DNA of 64,000 nucleotides. It comes from Gemmatimonadota bacterium (GTDB taxonomy: Bacteria; Gemmatimonadota; Gemmatimonadetes; Gemmatimonadales; GWC2-71-9). The position numbers were made by a program, and so were the translations under genes. How positions within the stretch are numbered: position 1 is the stretch's first letter; each line of letters starts with the position of its first letter. Below, piece by piece: positions 9,669 through 19,996 of the stretch. The notes beneath the pieces are model-generated. The model saw nothing but the letters and a program-made list of their open reading frames with translations, made no database searches and had not been told where the DNA came from. The stretch spans positions 860-64,859 of the forward strand of contig JBDHDH010000011.1 of the NCBI GenBank assembly GCA_039591615.1, in the 5' to 3' direction.

Positions 9669-10694
9669 TCAAGGGTGATCGAGGAACTCCAGGATCTCTC
9701 GATTCACCATCTCCGCCTGCACAAACGTCAGGTCATGGCCGGCATCGGGAATGATCGCCGTGTTGATGTGGGGCGCGACCTCATTCAAGCGTTGGATGGC
9801 ACGCTCCGCGGAATAGATCTTTTCGTTTTCGCCCACCAAGAAGAGCGCAGGCACAGCCAGGCTTCGTAATTGCGAATCCGTGAGAACGGTGGGATTGACC
9901 AAGCGCTTCAGCTTGAAGCTCCGTACGGCGAGGTACACGGCATCCGCCTCTTCCTCCAACAGCGTTCGGCTCGCTTCATCCTTTCCGGCGAAGTCCTCGA
10001 GGAGCCAAAACAGAAAGGCTCTCGTGAAGTGGCGATGCGGCACCACGCTGAGTGAGGCGCGCAGAATCCAATCCGCTGACAACGGCAACACCGTCCCCGC
10101 AGGTGCTAGCAACACGATCCGATCGAGGCGACCCGGGAAGCGGAGCGCGTATTGGCTCGTCAGCCACCCTCCGTAGGACAGGCCGATGAGAGTAATGTCG
10201 TCTCCGAGATCGAGAGCAGTGAACGACTCGTCGAGCCATCTTGCGAAATCATCTGCGCTTTCGATGGTTCGCGTATACACGCTGCGCCCATAATCATAGA
10301 TGCCATCCACTGCGAACGTCCGGTACTGCTGGGACAGCGCTTCGATGTTTGGGACCCAATGGAGCGAATTCCCCCCGGCTCCGTGGAGCAATACGAGCGG
10401 TCGTCCACCGGTTGGTCCGCTGATCCTCACGAACGTCCGGCCAAACGACGTCTGCACCGTCGTGGTCTCCGCCGGGAGCGGCCACCTTTCGGCTCTCCCA
10501 TCGTAGAAGCTCAGATATCGCGCTTTGGCCCTTGTTGACCGGAAGGGGTGATATGCCGACTCTATGCCCCCGAATCCCGGAAAGAGCGAGATGCCGATCC
10601 AGGCGGCGACGAGAACCACGGCGACGATCATGGTTCCGCAGCCGAAGAGAACGAATCTCAGAATCGGCCTCTTTCTCAATGGGTCCCTCTCCAC
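9669..10694 (-). CDS. Membrane-anchored alpha/beta hydrolase
   Basis: N-terminal TM helix, then HGAGGNS oxyanion region, nucleophile elbow GLSYGG, and C-terminal DAGH. Confidence 0.8.
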   Translation of the reverse strand: MERDPLRKRPILRFVLFGCGTMIVAVVLVAAWIGISLFPGFGGIESAYHPFRSTRAKARYLSFYDGRAERWPLPAETTTVQTSFGRTFVRISGPTGGRPLVLLHGAGGNSLHWVPNIEALSQQYRTFAVDGIYDYGRSVYTRTIESADDFARWLDESFTALDLGDDITLIGLSYGGWLTSQYALRFPGRLDRIVLLAPAGTVLPLSADWILRASLSVVPHRHFTRAFLFWLLEDFAGKDEASRTLLEEEADAVYLAVRSFKLKRLVNPTVLTDSQLRSLAVPALFLVGENEKIYSAERAIQRLNEVAPHINTAIIPDAGHDLTFVQAEMVNREILEFLDHP

Positions 10695-10870
10695 ACCGTC
10701 CCCTTCAGTGCACGCGGTTTGACATGGTCGTGTGCCTGGCTTGCTGGCGTTCGAGGAGTATGGGTTGGGTCAACCAGATCGTCCAGCGGGTCCCGGCATC
10801 GCGGTGCGCCCCGGTGGCCGCTTGCAGTGCGGCGCCAGGCGATCGATCGGAGAGCCGGACCCGCCACGTC

Positions 10871-12124
10871 TCAAAGAAGCACGCCAGATGACTGATCGAC
10901 GTCGAGCGATGGCGGTCGTGAGGGGCGCGAGAGGACGACCGCCACCGTCATGTCCGCGGTGACATTCGCCGTCGTGATGAACATGTCCGGGATGAGATCA
11001 AGGGCGATGAGCAGCCCGATGCCCTCGATGGGAAGGTTGAACGCCATGTAGATCGGTGCCATGATGAACAGCCCGCCGCTGGGAATGCCCGGGGAGTAGA
11101 AGCTCAGTGCCGCAATGGCCGCGGCGATGGCGGCAACCTCCACCGCATCAAGCTGAATCCCATAGAGTTGCGCCACGAAGAGCGTGCCCGTGAGCCGGGC
11201 GACGGGCGAGGAATACTTGAACACCGAGACGGCCAGAGGCAGAGCGATACCGGACACACGCTCGGGGAGCCCGAGGTCCCGCTCGGCACCCTCGAGCATG
11301 GCGGGGAGCGACGCCAGCGACGAACGCGTGCTGAAGGCCACTGCCTGCGCCGGCGCGCACGCCCGTGCGAACCGCCGGAGAGGTATGCCTCCGGCGAGCG
11401 TGGCAATGGGATACAGGACGACGAGGGCGACGACCAGTAACCCGCAGACTATGACAAGGAAAAGCCCAAGTGCACCGATGAGGCCCGCCCCGGTACGGGC
11501 GGCGAGTGGGAGGACCAGGAAGAACACGCCTATCGGTGCGACAACCAGGATCCATTCGACGATCACGAACATGGCCTTCGCCACCGCGTCGAAGAACTCT
11601 AACAGCACCTGCCGGCGCTTCATTTCCAGGCGGGTAATGGCCAATGCAACGATCGAGGTGAACACGATCAGTGGCAGCATGGCACCGTCGGCCGCGGCTC
11701 TTACGGGATTGGCCGGCACGAGGCCCACGAGCCAGTCCCGAAACGGTGGCAGTTCGATCTGGGCGCTGGGTCCCGGTTGGAGAGCGGGGACGATCGCCGT
11801 CGCATCGAATCGGGCTGCGGCGAGGAGCAGTGGGGCGGCGAGGGTGGCGAGGAGGGCACCCCCCGCAACGAGTGCCACGAACCAGAAGAGGGCGCGGCCG
11901 CCGATCTTGCCCACGCTCCTTGCGGTGTCCGAGGCGATGCCAGTAATCAGTAGCGACACCACCAGCGGGATCACCGTCATACGGATGGCGTTGACCCAGA
12001 GCGTGCCGATCGGTTCGACCACCGACACAGCCGTGAGCAACGTGGGTTGCCGGAGCCAGGAAACGCCGGTTCCGATGGCGAGACCGGCTACGAGGCCAAG
12101 AAGGACACGAGTCGTCAGGGACAT
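10871..12124 (-). CDS. Dicarboxylate/amino acid:cation symporter (DAACS family)
   Basis: 417-aa polytopic protein with DAACS-like segments (FDAVAKAMF, SSLASLP, NVTADM). Confidence 0.8.
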   Translation of the reverse strand: MSLTTRVLLGLVAGLAIGTGVSWLRQPTLLTAVSVVEPIGTLWVNAIRMTVIPLVVSLLITGIASDTARSVGKIGGRALFWFVALVAGGALLATLAAPLLLAAARFDATAIVPALQPGPSAQIELPPFRDWLVGLVPANPVRAAADGAMLPLIVFTSIVALAITRLEMKRRQVLLEFFDAVAKAMFVIVEWILVVAPIGVFFLVLPLAARTGAGLIGALGLFLVIVCGLLVVALVVLYPIATLAGGIPLRRFARACAPAQAVAFSTRSSLASLPAMLEGAERDLGLPERVSGIALPLAVSVFKYSSPVARLTGTLFVAQLYGIQLDAVEVAAIAAAIAALSFYSPGIPSGGLFIMAPIYMAFNLPIEGIGLLIALDLIPDMFITTANVTADMTVAVVLSRPSRPPSLDVDQSSGVLL

Positions 12125-12348
12125 AGGTGGCCAATCTACCGCCCTGAGCGTCGAGCGGCTCGTGGATTACCCGGTCATATCGAGGGACTAAACGACTCGC
12201 GACCGGCCAAGGGGCGCGGCGGCCGACCGCCCGCGCCATCGGACCCTAACGGGCCGGGCCTTCAGAATTCTCGACACCCGTGCATTATTCAGGCTGTTCG
12301 AAATCCGATTCGTGCCCGGCGTTACCCTCACCTCTCGGAATCAGATCC

Positions 12349-12918
12349 ATGAAGCTGCCCAGAATCACCGGTACGGTCATTGCCCTCGGTCTGTTCTGCC
12401 CGCTCTCCTTGCGTCCCTCACCGGTCTCCGCACAAGGTGACCGACTCGTGGTCCTCGTCCGTCACGCCGAGGCCAACGGCGAGCCCCGGAATGATCCTCC
12501 GCTGACGGAGCGGGGGCGGCAGCGAGCGGAGGCTCTCGCCGAAGCGCTTCAGGGTACGGGGATCGGCACCGTGATCGTGAGTCCGCTCGCGAGGACGCAG
12601 CTCACGGCGGAGCCGCTCGCGAGTGCCAGAGGGATCACGCCCGAGGTGGTCGACGTAGGAGGCGGTCTGGAGCGGCACGTCGAAGCCGTCGCCAAGGCGG
12701 TGCGAGCACAGCCGGCCGGTGACGCGATTCTCGTGGTCGGGCATAGCAACACCATACCGCGCATCATCGCAGCGCTCGGCGGGCCGACGATGTCTGACCT
12801 GTGTCACTGGGAGTTTGCGCGACTCTTCATCCTGGCGTTGCCGCCGGATCGGACGCCACGACTCATCGCGGCATCCTACGGGGCACCGGACGAAGACGGA
12901 GAGGAGGAGTGCCCGTAA
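12349..12918 (+). CDS. Histidine phosphatase (phosphoglycerate mutase-like) family protein, secreted
   Basis: RHAE catalytic motif (LVVLVRHAEANG) and VVGHSNTI. Signal peptide from MKLPRITG. Confidence 0.75.
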   Translation: MKLPRITGTVIALGLFCPLSLRPSPVSAQGDRLVVLVRHAEANGEPRNDPPLTERGRQRAEALAEALQGTGIGTVIVSPLARTQLTAEPLASARGITPEVVDVGGGLERHVEAVAKAVRAQPAGDAILVVGHSNTIPRIIAALGGPTMSDLCHWEFARLFILALPPDRTPRLIAASYGAPDEDGEEECP

Positions 12919-12988
12919 GATTCCCCTGGCCGTGCAACCAGTCACGGCACCGTGGGCAGCGCATCGCGTCCCGCTGAACGCCGATGCT

Positions 12989-14146
12989 CTAGTCTTGCGC
13001 TCCTCTCATCCGGAACGCGACCGACGCCCGGGTACGCTCCCAGGCCATTGTGAGGCGCCCCCCCATCTCGTCAGGTTCCACCGCAATGGTGAAGCGCTCG
13101 GTGAATTCCGCAGTCTGTTCGACCTTCATGGGGATTCGGGCGACGTCATGCGCCTCGTCGTACGGCAGGGCGGCCTGCCCGGTGCGGCCGTTCAGGATCA
13201 GGGTCCAGCCGCGCGGTGAGGGGATGGTCCACAGGGTGTAGGTTCCGGCGGCAACACGAGTCTCTTCGAAGACCAGATCCCCTTCCGTGCTCAGGTGGGT
13301 CGCTTCGTTGGCCCCTGTGCGCCACACCCGGTTCCACGGGACAACGCCGCCAAAGATCTGCCGCCCGCGTGTGGAGGGTCGGCCGTAGCGAACGGTGATC
13401 GCGGCGCCGGCCACCCCGGCCCGGACCGTGTCGGTGGGCGACAGCACTCCGAGGCCCCGCCCTGCGGCATCGCGGGCGGCCCACTCGCGGGCGAGGGCAC
13501 GAACGTCGAGGGTGGCCACGCGCTCCGCCTGCACGTTCAGCACGCCACCGATGCCATTGACGCCGAGGATACGCCCGGTTGAATCGAGGGCGATCCTGAG
13601 CGGCCCGATGGTGCCGAGGGTGGCGACCAACGAGTCCCCAGGGCCCGGCTCGAGTCGGATGAGCACGGTGCTGGCGCCGCCAACGAACAGCCCGAGCGGT
13701 TCGATCGCGCCTATGGTGGGACGGTGCCGCCGCGTGACGAGCTCGAGAAGGGCGTACGAGTTGAGGACCACTGGGGTCGTACCGGCGGAAGCCACGACCT
13801 TGCGTACGTCGGAGCTGTCACCGATGGTGGTTTCCACCGTCGCAGTCTCAACGCCGAAGTCGATCCGCACCCGTTCCACCGGCTCGCCGGAGATCCAGTC
13901 ACCCCAGTACGTCCCTAGCTCGAACCTTCGCACCGTTCCATCGGGAGCGAGCTTGGCGGAGTATTGCTGCAGGCGGGTCTTCGGTGCGCGAGTGACGAAG
14001 GTGCCTTCCAGCTGCCCGCCGCGTAGGGTGAACCGTTCGACCGCAACGGTATCGGTACCCAACCGAACGACGAAGGCACCCTCCACCGCGCGCTGCTGCA
14101 GGGTAATGGTCGGGAGGACGATGACGATCGCAGCGAGCCGGCGCAT
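12989..14146 (-). CDS. DUF2911 domain-containing secreted protein
   Basis: The C-terminal half matches DUF2911 as I recall it (VRYGRPSTRGRQIFGGVVPWNRVWRTGANEAT...GTYTLWTIP). I place the start at MRRLAAIVIV. Confidence 0.6.
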   Translation of the reverse strand: MRRLAAIVIVLPTITLQQRAVEGAFVVRLGTDTVAVERFTLRGGQLEGTFVTRAPKTRLQQYSAKLAPDGTVRRFELGTYWGDWISGEPVERVRIDFGVETATVETTIGDSSDVRKVVASAGTTPVVLNSYALLELVTRRHRPTIGAIEPLGLFVGGASTVLIRLEPGPGDSLVATLGTIGPLRIALDSTGRILGVNGIGGVLNVQAERVATLDVRALAREWAARDAAGRGLGVLSPTDTVRAGVAGAAITVRYGRPSTRGRQIFGGVVPWNRVWRTGANEATHLSTEGDLVFEETRVAAGTYTLWTIPSPRGWTLILNGRTGQAALPYDEAHDVARIPMKVEQTAEFTERFTIAVEPDEMGGRLTMAWERTRASVAFRMRGAQD

Positions 14147-14343
14147 TGGCGAATTCCGGATCGACGAGGATGAAGTGCAATGTGCCGCGAGGCTCACGGG
14201 ACAGCAAGGCGGGGCTGCCGCGGGACGGGAGAGCTTGTGACCACCCGGCTACCGCTTTTCCCAGCCGCTTTGAAATCCGCAGTCGGCAAGCGGCTCCATA
14301 TCGACGCACCGGACTCAAGCCGAGGGACGGTAAGAGCTCCTTC

Positions 14344-15939
14344 TCAGGCCTCACTTTTCCCGAGCAGCCGGTCTACCTCGCGCTCCGCCACGAGCCTCCG
14401 GTCCACCGCTTCCCCAATCGCTTTGGCCCGCTCCAGATAGAGGGTCAGGTCCTCCACGGAACCGAGGCCGGCTTGGAGTTTGAGCATGGCGAGGCGTAGG
14501 TTCTCCAACGCTGCCATGGTCTGGTTGAGGGGATCCCCGGTCTCCCCCTCGGCCCGGAGACGCTCGGCACGCGCTTCGAGCCGCCCCACCACGTCGGGCA
14601 CCTCGCGGGCGTGACGGCGGGCCTCGCCAGGTAGCGCTTCGTAGACCGCCAGCGTCGAACGACCCAGTACGAACTCGGTGGCGTCGATCGAGGGAAGGAC
14701 CGGCCGTTCGCGCGCCGTGAGCCGCCAGCCCGCCACTCGGAAGAACCGGCGGCCGAATCCTCCCGCCCAGAGTCGGTGCCACTGACCGTTGAGGCGGCGG
14801 AGCCAGCGCCACTGCTGTAACTCCTCCGCCTCTTCCTCTTGAAGCCGCGCCTCCGCCAGGAGCGCTTGCCGGATGTCGCCGAAGGCGTAGCCCTCGCGGA
14901 GGAGACGACGGGCGGTGGCCACCAGTTGGGCGAGGAGGATAGTGCCGATGATGCCCGGGCCCGCGTTGATGATCTGCACACCGGTATCACCAATACTGAT
15001 GCTCTGGCCCGCAACCAGGACAGCCAAGATCACCATCGTAGTGACCTGGGCGTTGCGAACGAAGCTCCTGACGATCGGCGGTGCCCGGAAATCGCGGCCT
15101 CGGGCCTCACCCACGGCGCGAGCGACATCGTCCCCCGACTGCCACCGGTCCGGCGGTGCCTTCGCGAGGCAGCGATCGACGATCTGGGCCAGCTTCGGCG
15201 GGACCGCGGCTCGCACCGTCCGGACCTCGGGGGCCGACTCGGCGACCTGTCTGGCCAGGATCGCCGGGAGGTTACGCCCCTCGAAGGGCGCGCGACCCGT
15301 GAGGGCGAAGAAGAAGGTGGCGCCCAAGGCATACAAGTCGCTCCGGGCGTCCACCGCCTCGCCACAGGCCTGCTCGGGACTCATGTAGCGCGCGGTGCCG
15401 ATTACCTCCCCTTCACCCCGTACGACGTCACGCCTGCCGAGCGCGATGCCGAAATCGGTGACTAAGGCGCGCTCGGTTCCCTGTTCGATCATGATGTTGT
15501 CGGGTTTGACATCGCGGTGGATCACCCCTCGCTGATGGGCGTAGGCAAGGGCCCAGGCGACGTCCTGTAGCAGCTTCATGGCAACTCGGGGCGCGAGCGG
15601 CCCGGCTCGCCCGACCCGTTCGCGCAGCGTCTCGCCATCGACATACCCCATGACGAAGAACACCAACTCGCCGTGCTCCTCGACCGTATGAATGGGCACG
15701 ATGTTGGGGTGCGACAGGCCAGCCGCCGTGCGGGCCTCGCGCAGAAATCGATCCCGGTACTCGGGATCCGCTGCCAAGAGGGGTGGAAGGAGCTTGATCG
15801 CAACCAACCGGTCGAGCGCCACGTCTCGGGCCAAGAGCACGACGCCCATCCCACCGCGACCCAGCTCGCATTCGATGGAGTAGCGTCCTGACAGAAGCTC
15901 CTGGAGGGCGAGGAAAGCGGGTCTGATCGGAGTGGTCAT
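14344..15939 (-). CDS. Hanks-type Ser/Thr protein kinase with TM segment and C-terminal helical domain
   Basis: GRGGMGVV, AIK, HRDVKPDN, DFG and SPEQ motifs, followed by a hydrophobic stretch. Confidence 0.9.
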   Translation of the reverse strand: MTTPIRPAFLALQELLSGRYSIECELGRGGMGVVLLARDVALDRLVAIKLLPPLLAADPEYRDRFLREARTAAGLSHPNIVPIHTVEEHGELVFFVMGYVDGETLRERVGRAGPLAPRVAMKLLQDVAWALAYAHQRGVIHRDVKPDNIMIEQGTERALVTDFGIALGRRDVVRGEGEVIGTARYMSPEQACGEAVDARSDLYALGATFFFALTGRAPFEGRNLPAILARQVAESAPEVRTVRAAVPPKLAQIVDRCLAKAPPDRWQSGDDVARAVGEARGRDFRAPPIVRSFVRNAQVTTMVILAVLVAGQSISIGDTGVQIINAGPGIIGTILLAQLVATARRLLREGYAFGDIRQALLAEARLQEEEAEELQQWRWLRRLNGQWHRLWAGGFGRRFFRVAGWRLTARERPVLPSIDATEFVLGRSTLAVYEALPGEARRHAREVPDVVGRLEARAERLRAEGETGDPLNQTMAALENLRLAMLKLQAGLGSVEDLTLYLERAKAIGEAVDRRLVAEREVDRLLGKSEA

Positions 15940-16197
15940 TTGTGTCCTATCTACGGGCGAATCGATGGCGGCGTTTCAGAACACCGGAGCCACAGACTCA
16001 CCAGGTCAAAACCCCCGCTGCCACGCTCACGCTGGGATAATCCGCGGCCTCCGTTCAGTGCGGTAATGTAGCGCTCAGCACGCATTCAGCGTGCAGCATC
16101 GGCGCGAGAGTTCGGGGTTCGAGGGTGCCGTCCCGAAACCTCAGCCCGGTCCCGAGCGTAGAAGTGCAGTGAGAACTCCCCTCCCAAGAGGCGCCCC

Positions 16198-18594
16198 ATG
16201 GACACCTTCCGCCAGGATCTCCGCTTCGCGCTCCGCGCGCTCCGGTCTCGACCCGGGATGACCGTGCTGGCCGTCTTGTGCCTGAGCATCGGGATCGGCG
16301 CCAACACGGCCATCTTCTCGCCCGTGGACGTGTTCATGCTCCGGTCGCTGCCCTACGACGAGCCCCACCAGCTCGTCGTCGCGTGGAACACCAACGAAGA
16401 GCGAGGCTGGACCGAAGTCAGCCTCTCGGTGCCGGACTTCCTGGATTACCGGGAGCAGGCCCAATCCGTGGACCTGTCGGCCTACACCGGCCAGAGCTTC
16501 AACGTCTCAGGCGACGGCACACCCGAACGCCTGTCCGGGGAGGGGGTCGCCTACAACTTCTTCCGGGTGATGGGCACGACACCGCTCATCGGCCGGGCGT
16601 TCGCGGAAGAGGACGAGCGGCCCGGCGCTCCCCGGGTGGCCATCCTGAGCTACCAGCTGTGGCAACGGCGATTCGGGGGCGGTGACGACATCATCGGATC
16701 GACGCTGCGGCTGGACGGCGACATCTACACGGTCGTCGGCGTCATGCCCAATCGGTTCGACTTCCCGGACGCCCAGACCGAGATCTTCACCCCCCTTACA
16801 TTCGACGGCACCGAGCCACGAGCCAGCCATTATCTGGAAACAGTCGGGCGCGTCGTGGCGGGCAGCAGCATCGAGCAGGCACGCGCCGAACTCTCCGCGA
16901 TCGCCCGGCGGCTGGAGGCGACCTATCCCGAAAGCAACGCCGGTAACGGGATCCGCGTGCTGAAGCTGAGGGACGAGCTGTTCGGACCCGAGTTCCGGGA
17001 AGCAACGACGATCGCCACGCTGGCCGTCGCCCTTCTCCTGCTCATCGCGGCCGCCAACGTCGCGAACCTGCTCCTCGCTCAGACGGCCGTCCGCGAGCGG
17101 GAGATCGCCGTCCGTGCGGCGCTGGGCGCCGGCCGGTCGCGCATCGTGCGCCAGCTCCTCACCGAGAGCCTGATCCTTGGCCTCACCGGCGGGGCACTGG
17201 GGCTTGCTCTCGCCTACCCCGGCGTGAAGGGTCTGGTGGCGCTCATGCCCGACTGGTTCCCCCGCTTGGACGAGATCGGGATCGATGGCCGGGTGGTCGC
17301 GTACGGATTCGCCGTCACGCTGATCACGGGTCTCCTCGCCGGTCTGGCCCCCGCGCTCCAGACCGCGCGACAGGATCTGCGGTCTTCGCTCCACGAAGGC
17401 GGCCGCGGCTCGTCCTTTGGGCGCCGAGGCAACAAGCTCCGCAATGTGTTCGTCACCGGCCAGCTTGCGCTGGCGGTGACGCTCCTCGTCACGTCCGGTC
17501 TCCTGATCAAGGGATTCCGACGGCTCAGCCACGTAGACCTGGGATACGATCCGGCCGGCGTCCTCACGTTCCGCACGACGCTCCCGGAAACGAAGTATCC
17601 GGAGGACACTGATCAATGGCGGTTCACAGGCCTCTTGCTGGATCGCTTGGCGGCACTTCCGGGCGTGGAGGTGGCAGCGGCGACCAGCCGCCTCCCCATG
17701 ACGGGGAACTCCGGGACCTACTACCAGATCGAAGGCGAAGACGTGCCGGAAGGCCGGCGCCCGGTGGTGGGCTACCGTTCGGTGAGTCCTGAGTACTTCC
17801 GAGCGCTGGGAACCAGCGTCGTGCAGGGACGGAATCTGGCCTATGCCGACGGCAAAGATGCACCGCTGGTCATCGTCGTGAACGAGGCCTTCGTGCGGCG
17901 GCACTGGCCGGATGATGATCCTCTTGACCGAAGGGTCGCGTTCTCCTCGGGAACGCGTGTGATCGTGGGCGTCGTGCCGGACATCCGAGAGTCAGACCTG
18001 GACCAGGATGGACCGGCGCCTATGGTGTATTTCCCGGCCGCGCAGTCGCCCTTCCGCTTCGCGGGGTTCGTTATCCGCACCGACGCTGATCCGCTGGCCC
18101 TGGTTGGGCCGGTGCGCCGCACCGTGACAGGCGCCGACGCCGACCAACCCATCTACGACGTACAGACTCTCCAGCAGCGCATGCAGGAGAACGTTCAGGC
18201 CAACGGCGTGCTGTCCAAGATCATGCTCGTGCTGGGCGGGATCGCGCTGGTGCTCGCTGTGATCGGAGTCTATGGCGTCGTGTCGTATGCGGTGAGCCAG
18301 CGCACGCAGGAGATCGGCGTGCGCATGGCTCTCGGAGCCCGCGGTCGCGACGTCGTGCGGATGGTCGTGGGCCACGGCGGGCGCACCACCCTTATCGGAG
18401 CCGCTATCGGCCTGATGCTCGCGGCAGGTCTCAGCCGCGTGATGAGCTTCTTTTTGTTCGGCGTAAACGCGCTGGATCCGGTCACATTCGGCGGCGCGGC
18501 CCTGGCGCTGGCGGTGGCGGCGCTGATCGCCAGCTATCTACCCGCACGACGAGCATCACGGGTGGATCCGCTCATTGCGCTCAGGGCGGACTAA
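16198..18594 (+). CDS. ADOP-type ABC transporter permease (MacB-like periplasmic domain plus duplicated FtsX), with no adjacent ATPase
   Basis: The N-terminus MDTFRQDLRFALRALRSRPGMT is characteristic of this family. The protein is 798 aa with two FtsX-like four-helix blocks. Confidence 0.85.
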   Translation: MDTFRQDLRFALRALRSRPGMTVLAVLCLSIGIGANTAIFSPVDVFMLRSLPYDEPHQLVVAWNTNEERGWTEVSLSVPDFLDYREQAQSVDLSAYTGQSFNVSGDGTPERLSGEGVAYNFFRVMGTTPLIGRAFAEEDERPGAPRVAILSYQLWQRRFGGGDDIIGSTLRLDGDIYTVVGVMPNRFDFPDAQTEIFTPLTFDGTEPRASHYLETVGRVVAGSSIEQARAELSAIARRLEATYPESNAGNGIRVLKLRDELFGPEFREATTIATLAVALLLLIAAANVANLLLAQTAVREREIAVRAALGAGRSRIVRQLLTESLILGLTGGALGLALAYPGVKGLVALMPDWFPRLDEIGIDGRVVAYGFAVTLITGLLAGLAPALQTARQDLRSSLHEGGRGSSFGRRGNKLRNVFVTGQLALAVTLLVTSGLLIKGFRRLSHVDLGYDPAGVLTFRTTLPETKYPEDTDQWRFTGLLLDRLAALPGVEVAAATSRLPMTGNSGTYYQIEGEDVPEGRRPVVGYRSVSPEYFRALGTSVVQGRNLAYADGKDAPLVIVVNEAFVRRHWPDDDPLDRRVAFSSGTRVIVGVVPDIRESDLDQDGPAPMVYFPAAQSPFRFAGFVIRTDADPLALVGPVRRTVTGADADQPIYDVQTLQQRMQENVQANGVLSKIMLVLGGIALVLAVIGVYGVVSYAVSQRTQEIGVRMALGARGRDVVRMVVGHGGRTTLIGAAIGLMLAAGLSRVMSFFLFGVNALDPVTFGGAALALAVAALIASYLPARRASRVDPLIALRAD

Positions 18595-18604
18595 CGGCTT
18601 TCTC

Positions 18605-19162
18605 TCATGGCATCGTCAGCTCATCGCCGCCCCCGGTGATGGTGAACTCCGACCGACGGTTCCGTGCCCACGCGCTCTCGTCATGACCTGGATCGACGGG
18701 CTGCTGTTCACCCATGGACCGAACGGTAAGTCGGCCCTCTGCGATGCCACGGTCGGTGAGGAACTTCCTCGCGGAGCGAGCCCGCCGCTCTCCTAACGCC
18801 ATGTTGTAGCTGTTCGAGCCTCGTTCGTCGCAATGGCCCGTGATCTGGATGGTGAGATTGGAATTCGCCTCCAGAATCCCGAGCTTCTGCTCGAGAGCCT
18901 CTGTGTCCGGGCCCGGCCGAATGATCGCTCTGTCAAAGTCGTACTGTACAGTCTCCTCGATCATGCGCCTCACCTCCTCGGTTTCGGCGCGGAGCCGCGC
19001 CAGCGAGTCCGCTCGGGCCGCGTCGGCTGCGGTGTCCACGGCGCCTCCTGCCGCGATCGCCTCACCTGCGGGTATTTCACCACCCGTCTCGCCCGGCCGA
19101 CACTGGCTGCACCCTCCCACGAGTATTGTGGCACCGATCAACAGGCTCGTAGCTCGGTTCAT
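18605..19162 (-). CDS. OmpA-family (Pal-like) peptidoglycan-binding lipoprotein
   Basis: Lipobox LVGGCS. OmpA_C motifs: TGHCDERGSNSYNMALGERRA and NRRSEF. GAGGAG RBS. Confidence 0.85.
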   Translation of the reverse strand: MNRATSLLIGATILVGGCSQCRPGETGGEIPAGEAIAAGGAVDTAADAARADSLARLRAETEEVRRMIEETVQYDFDRAIIRPGPDTEALEQKLGILEANSNLTIQITGHCDERGSNSYNMALGERRARSARKFLTDRGIAEGRLTVRSMGEQQPVDPGHDESAWARNRRSEFTITGGGDELTMP

Positions 19163-19335
19163 GGCTCACTCCTCGGTCGCCTAACCCACCTAGAATCTCG
19201 TCATCATGCGCGCACTTCCATAATGTCGCATATTCACAGGCCCGTCCAGAAGAGGCGGAAAGCACATCGAGGTCTTCCATCTGCCACTTCACTGGCGGCA
19301 GAGCCATACACTGGCAGCGGCACCCGGCTGCCGGC

Positions 19336-19878
19336 TCAGCGCCCCAGTTCCGTCGGCACCGGATGATCGGGATCCGGTATGTCGTTCATCACGGACGCAA
19401 TCAGCCAACGACCACCCTGCCTGATCAGCTGAAAGCTGTCGATACCCTGTTGGGGCGGTCTTGGAGAGCCAGGAATACTCGCCTCGTACAACACGAGGAC
19501 GTGGGCAATATCCTTGAAGACCATCGTCTTCATCCGGACGATGTGCTCGACGAACCCCGTCTGTTCGACGTTTGCTCGCTCAATGAACGAAATGAAATCC
19601 TGGACGAAGCCGTCGACCGAGAACACGGAGGAACTGTCCCGGCTCGTGCGCAGCACGACGACCGCCTCGTCGATGAAGAGCGCTCGCACGACATTCCAAT
19701 CCGGCGTCGTCCCAGCCTCGAAGGTGACCAGGTCGTAGAGGTGGCGCACGACACCCTCTGCCGTCTGGGCGGATCGGTCGCGCTTTTCTGGCGCTTCCTG
19801 CGCTGGCAGCTCGAGGGTCAGTACGGCAGCAAAGAGCACCGCTTGGGCGACGGGGGTCCATCGGTACCAGTACATCAT
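19336..19878 (-). CDS. NTF2-like (DUF4440/SnoaL-like) secreted protein
   Basis: Signal peptide ending LPAQE, followed by a length and pattern typical of the NTF2 fold (GGRWLIASVMND). Confidence 0.5.
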   Translation of the reverse strand: MMYWYRWTPVAQAVLFAAVLTLELPAQEAPEKRDRSAQTAEGVVRHLYDLVTFEAGTTPDWNVVRALFIDEAVVVLRTSRDSSSVFSVDGFVQDFISFIERANVEQTGFVEHIVRMKTMVFKDIAHVLVLYEASIPGSPRPPQQGIDSFQLIRQGGRWLIASVMNDIPDPDHPVPTELGR

Positions 19879-19996
19879 GGTGATCTCCGAGACAGGAGAC
19901 TTCTCAAGGAGAAGAGACGATACTTCAGCCGTCAGCCTTCTCCCTTCTGCCTCCTGCGTTCTGCGTTCTACCTACGAGTCTCGCTCGACGGCTGTC

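Noticed and set aside
11148-12239. 363-aa and 335-aa ORFs overlapping the DAACS symporter gene (same-strand alternate frame and antisense)
   Set aside because: Their composition is Arg/Pro/Gly-rich, while the symporter frame gives a coherent polytopic membrane protein. They are GC-driven open frames.
16507-17904. 465-aa minus-strand ORF inside the ADOP permease gene
   Set aside because: It is antisense to a confidently identified gene and has no motifs and a biased composition.
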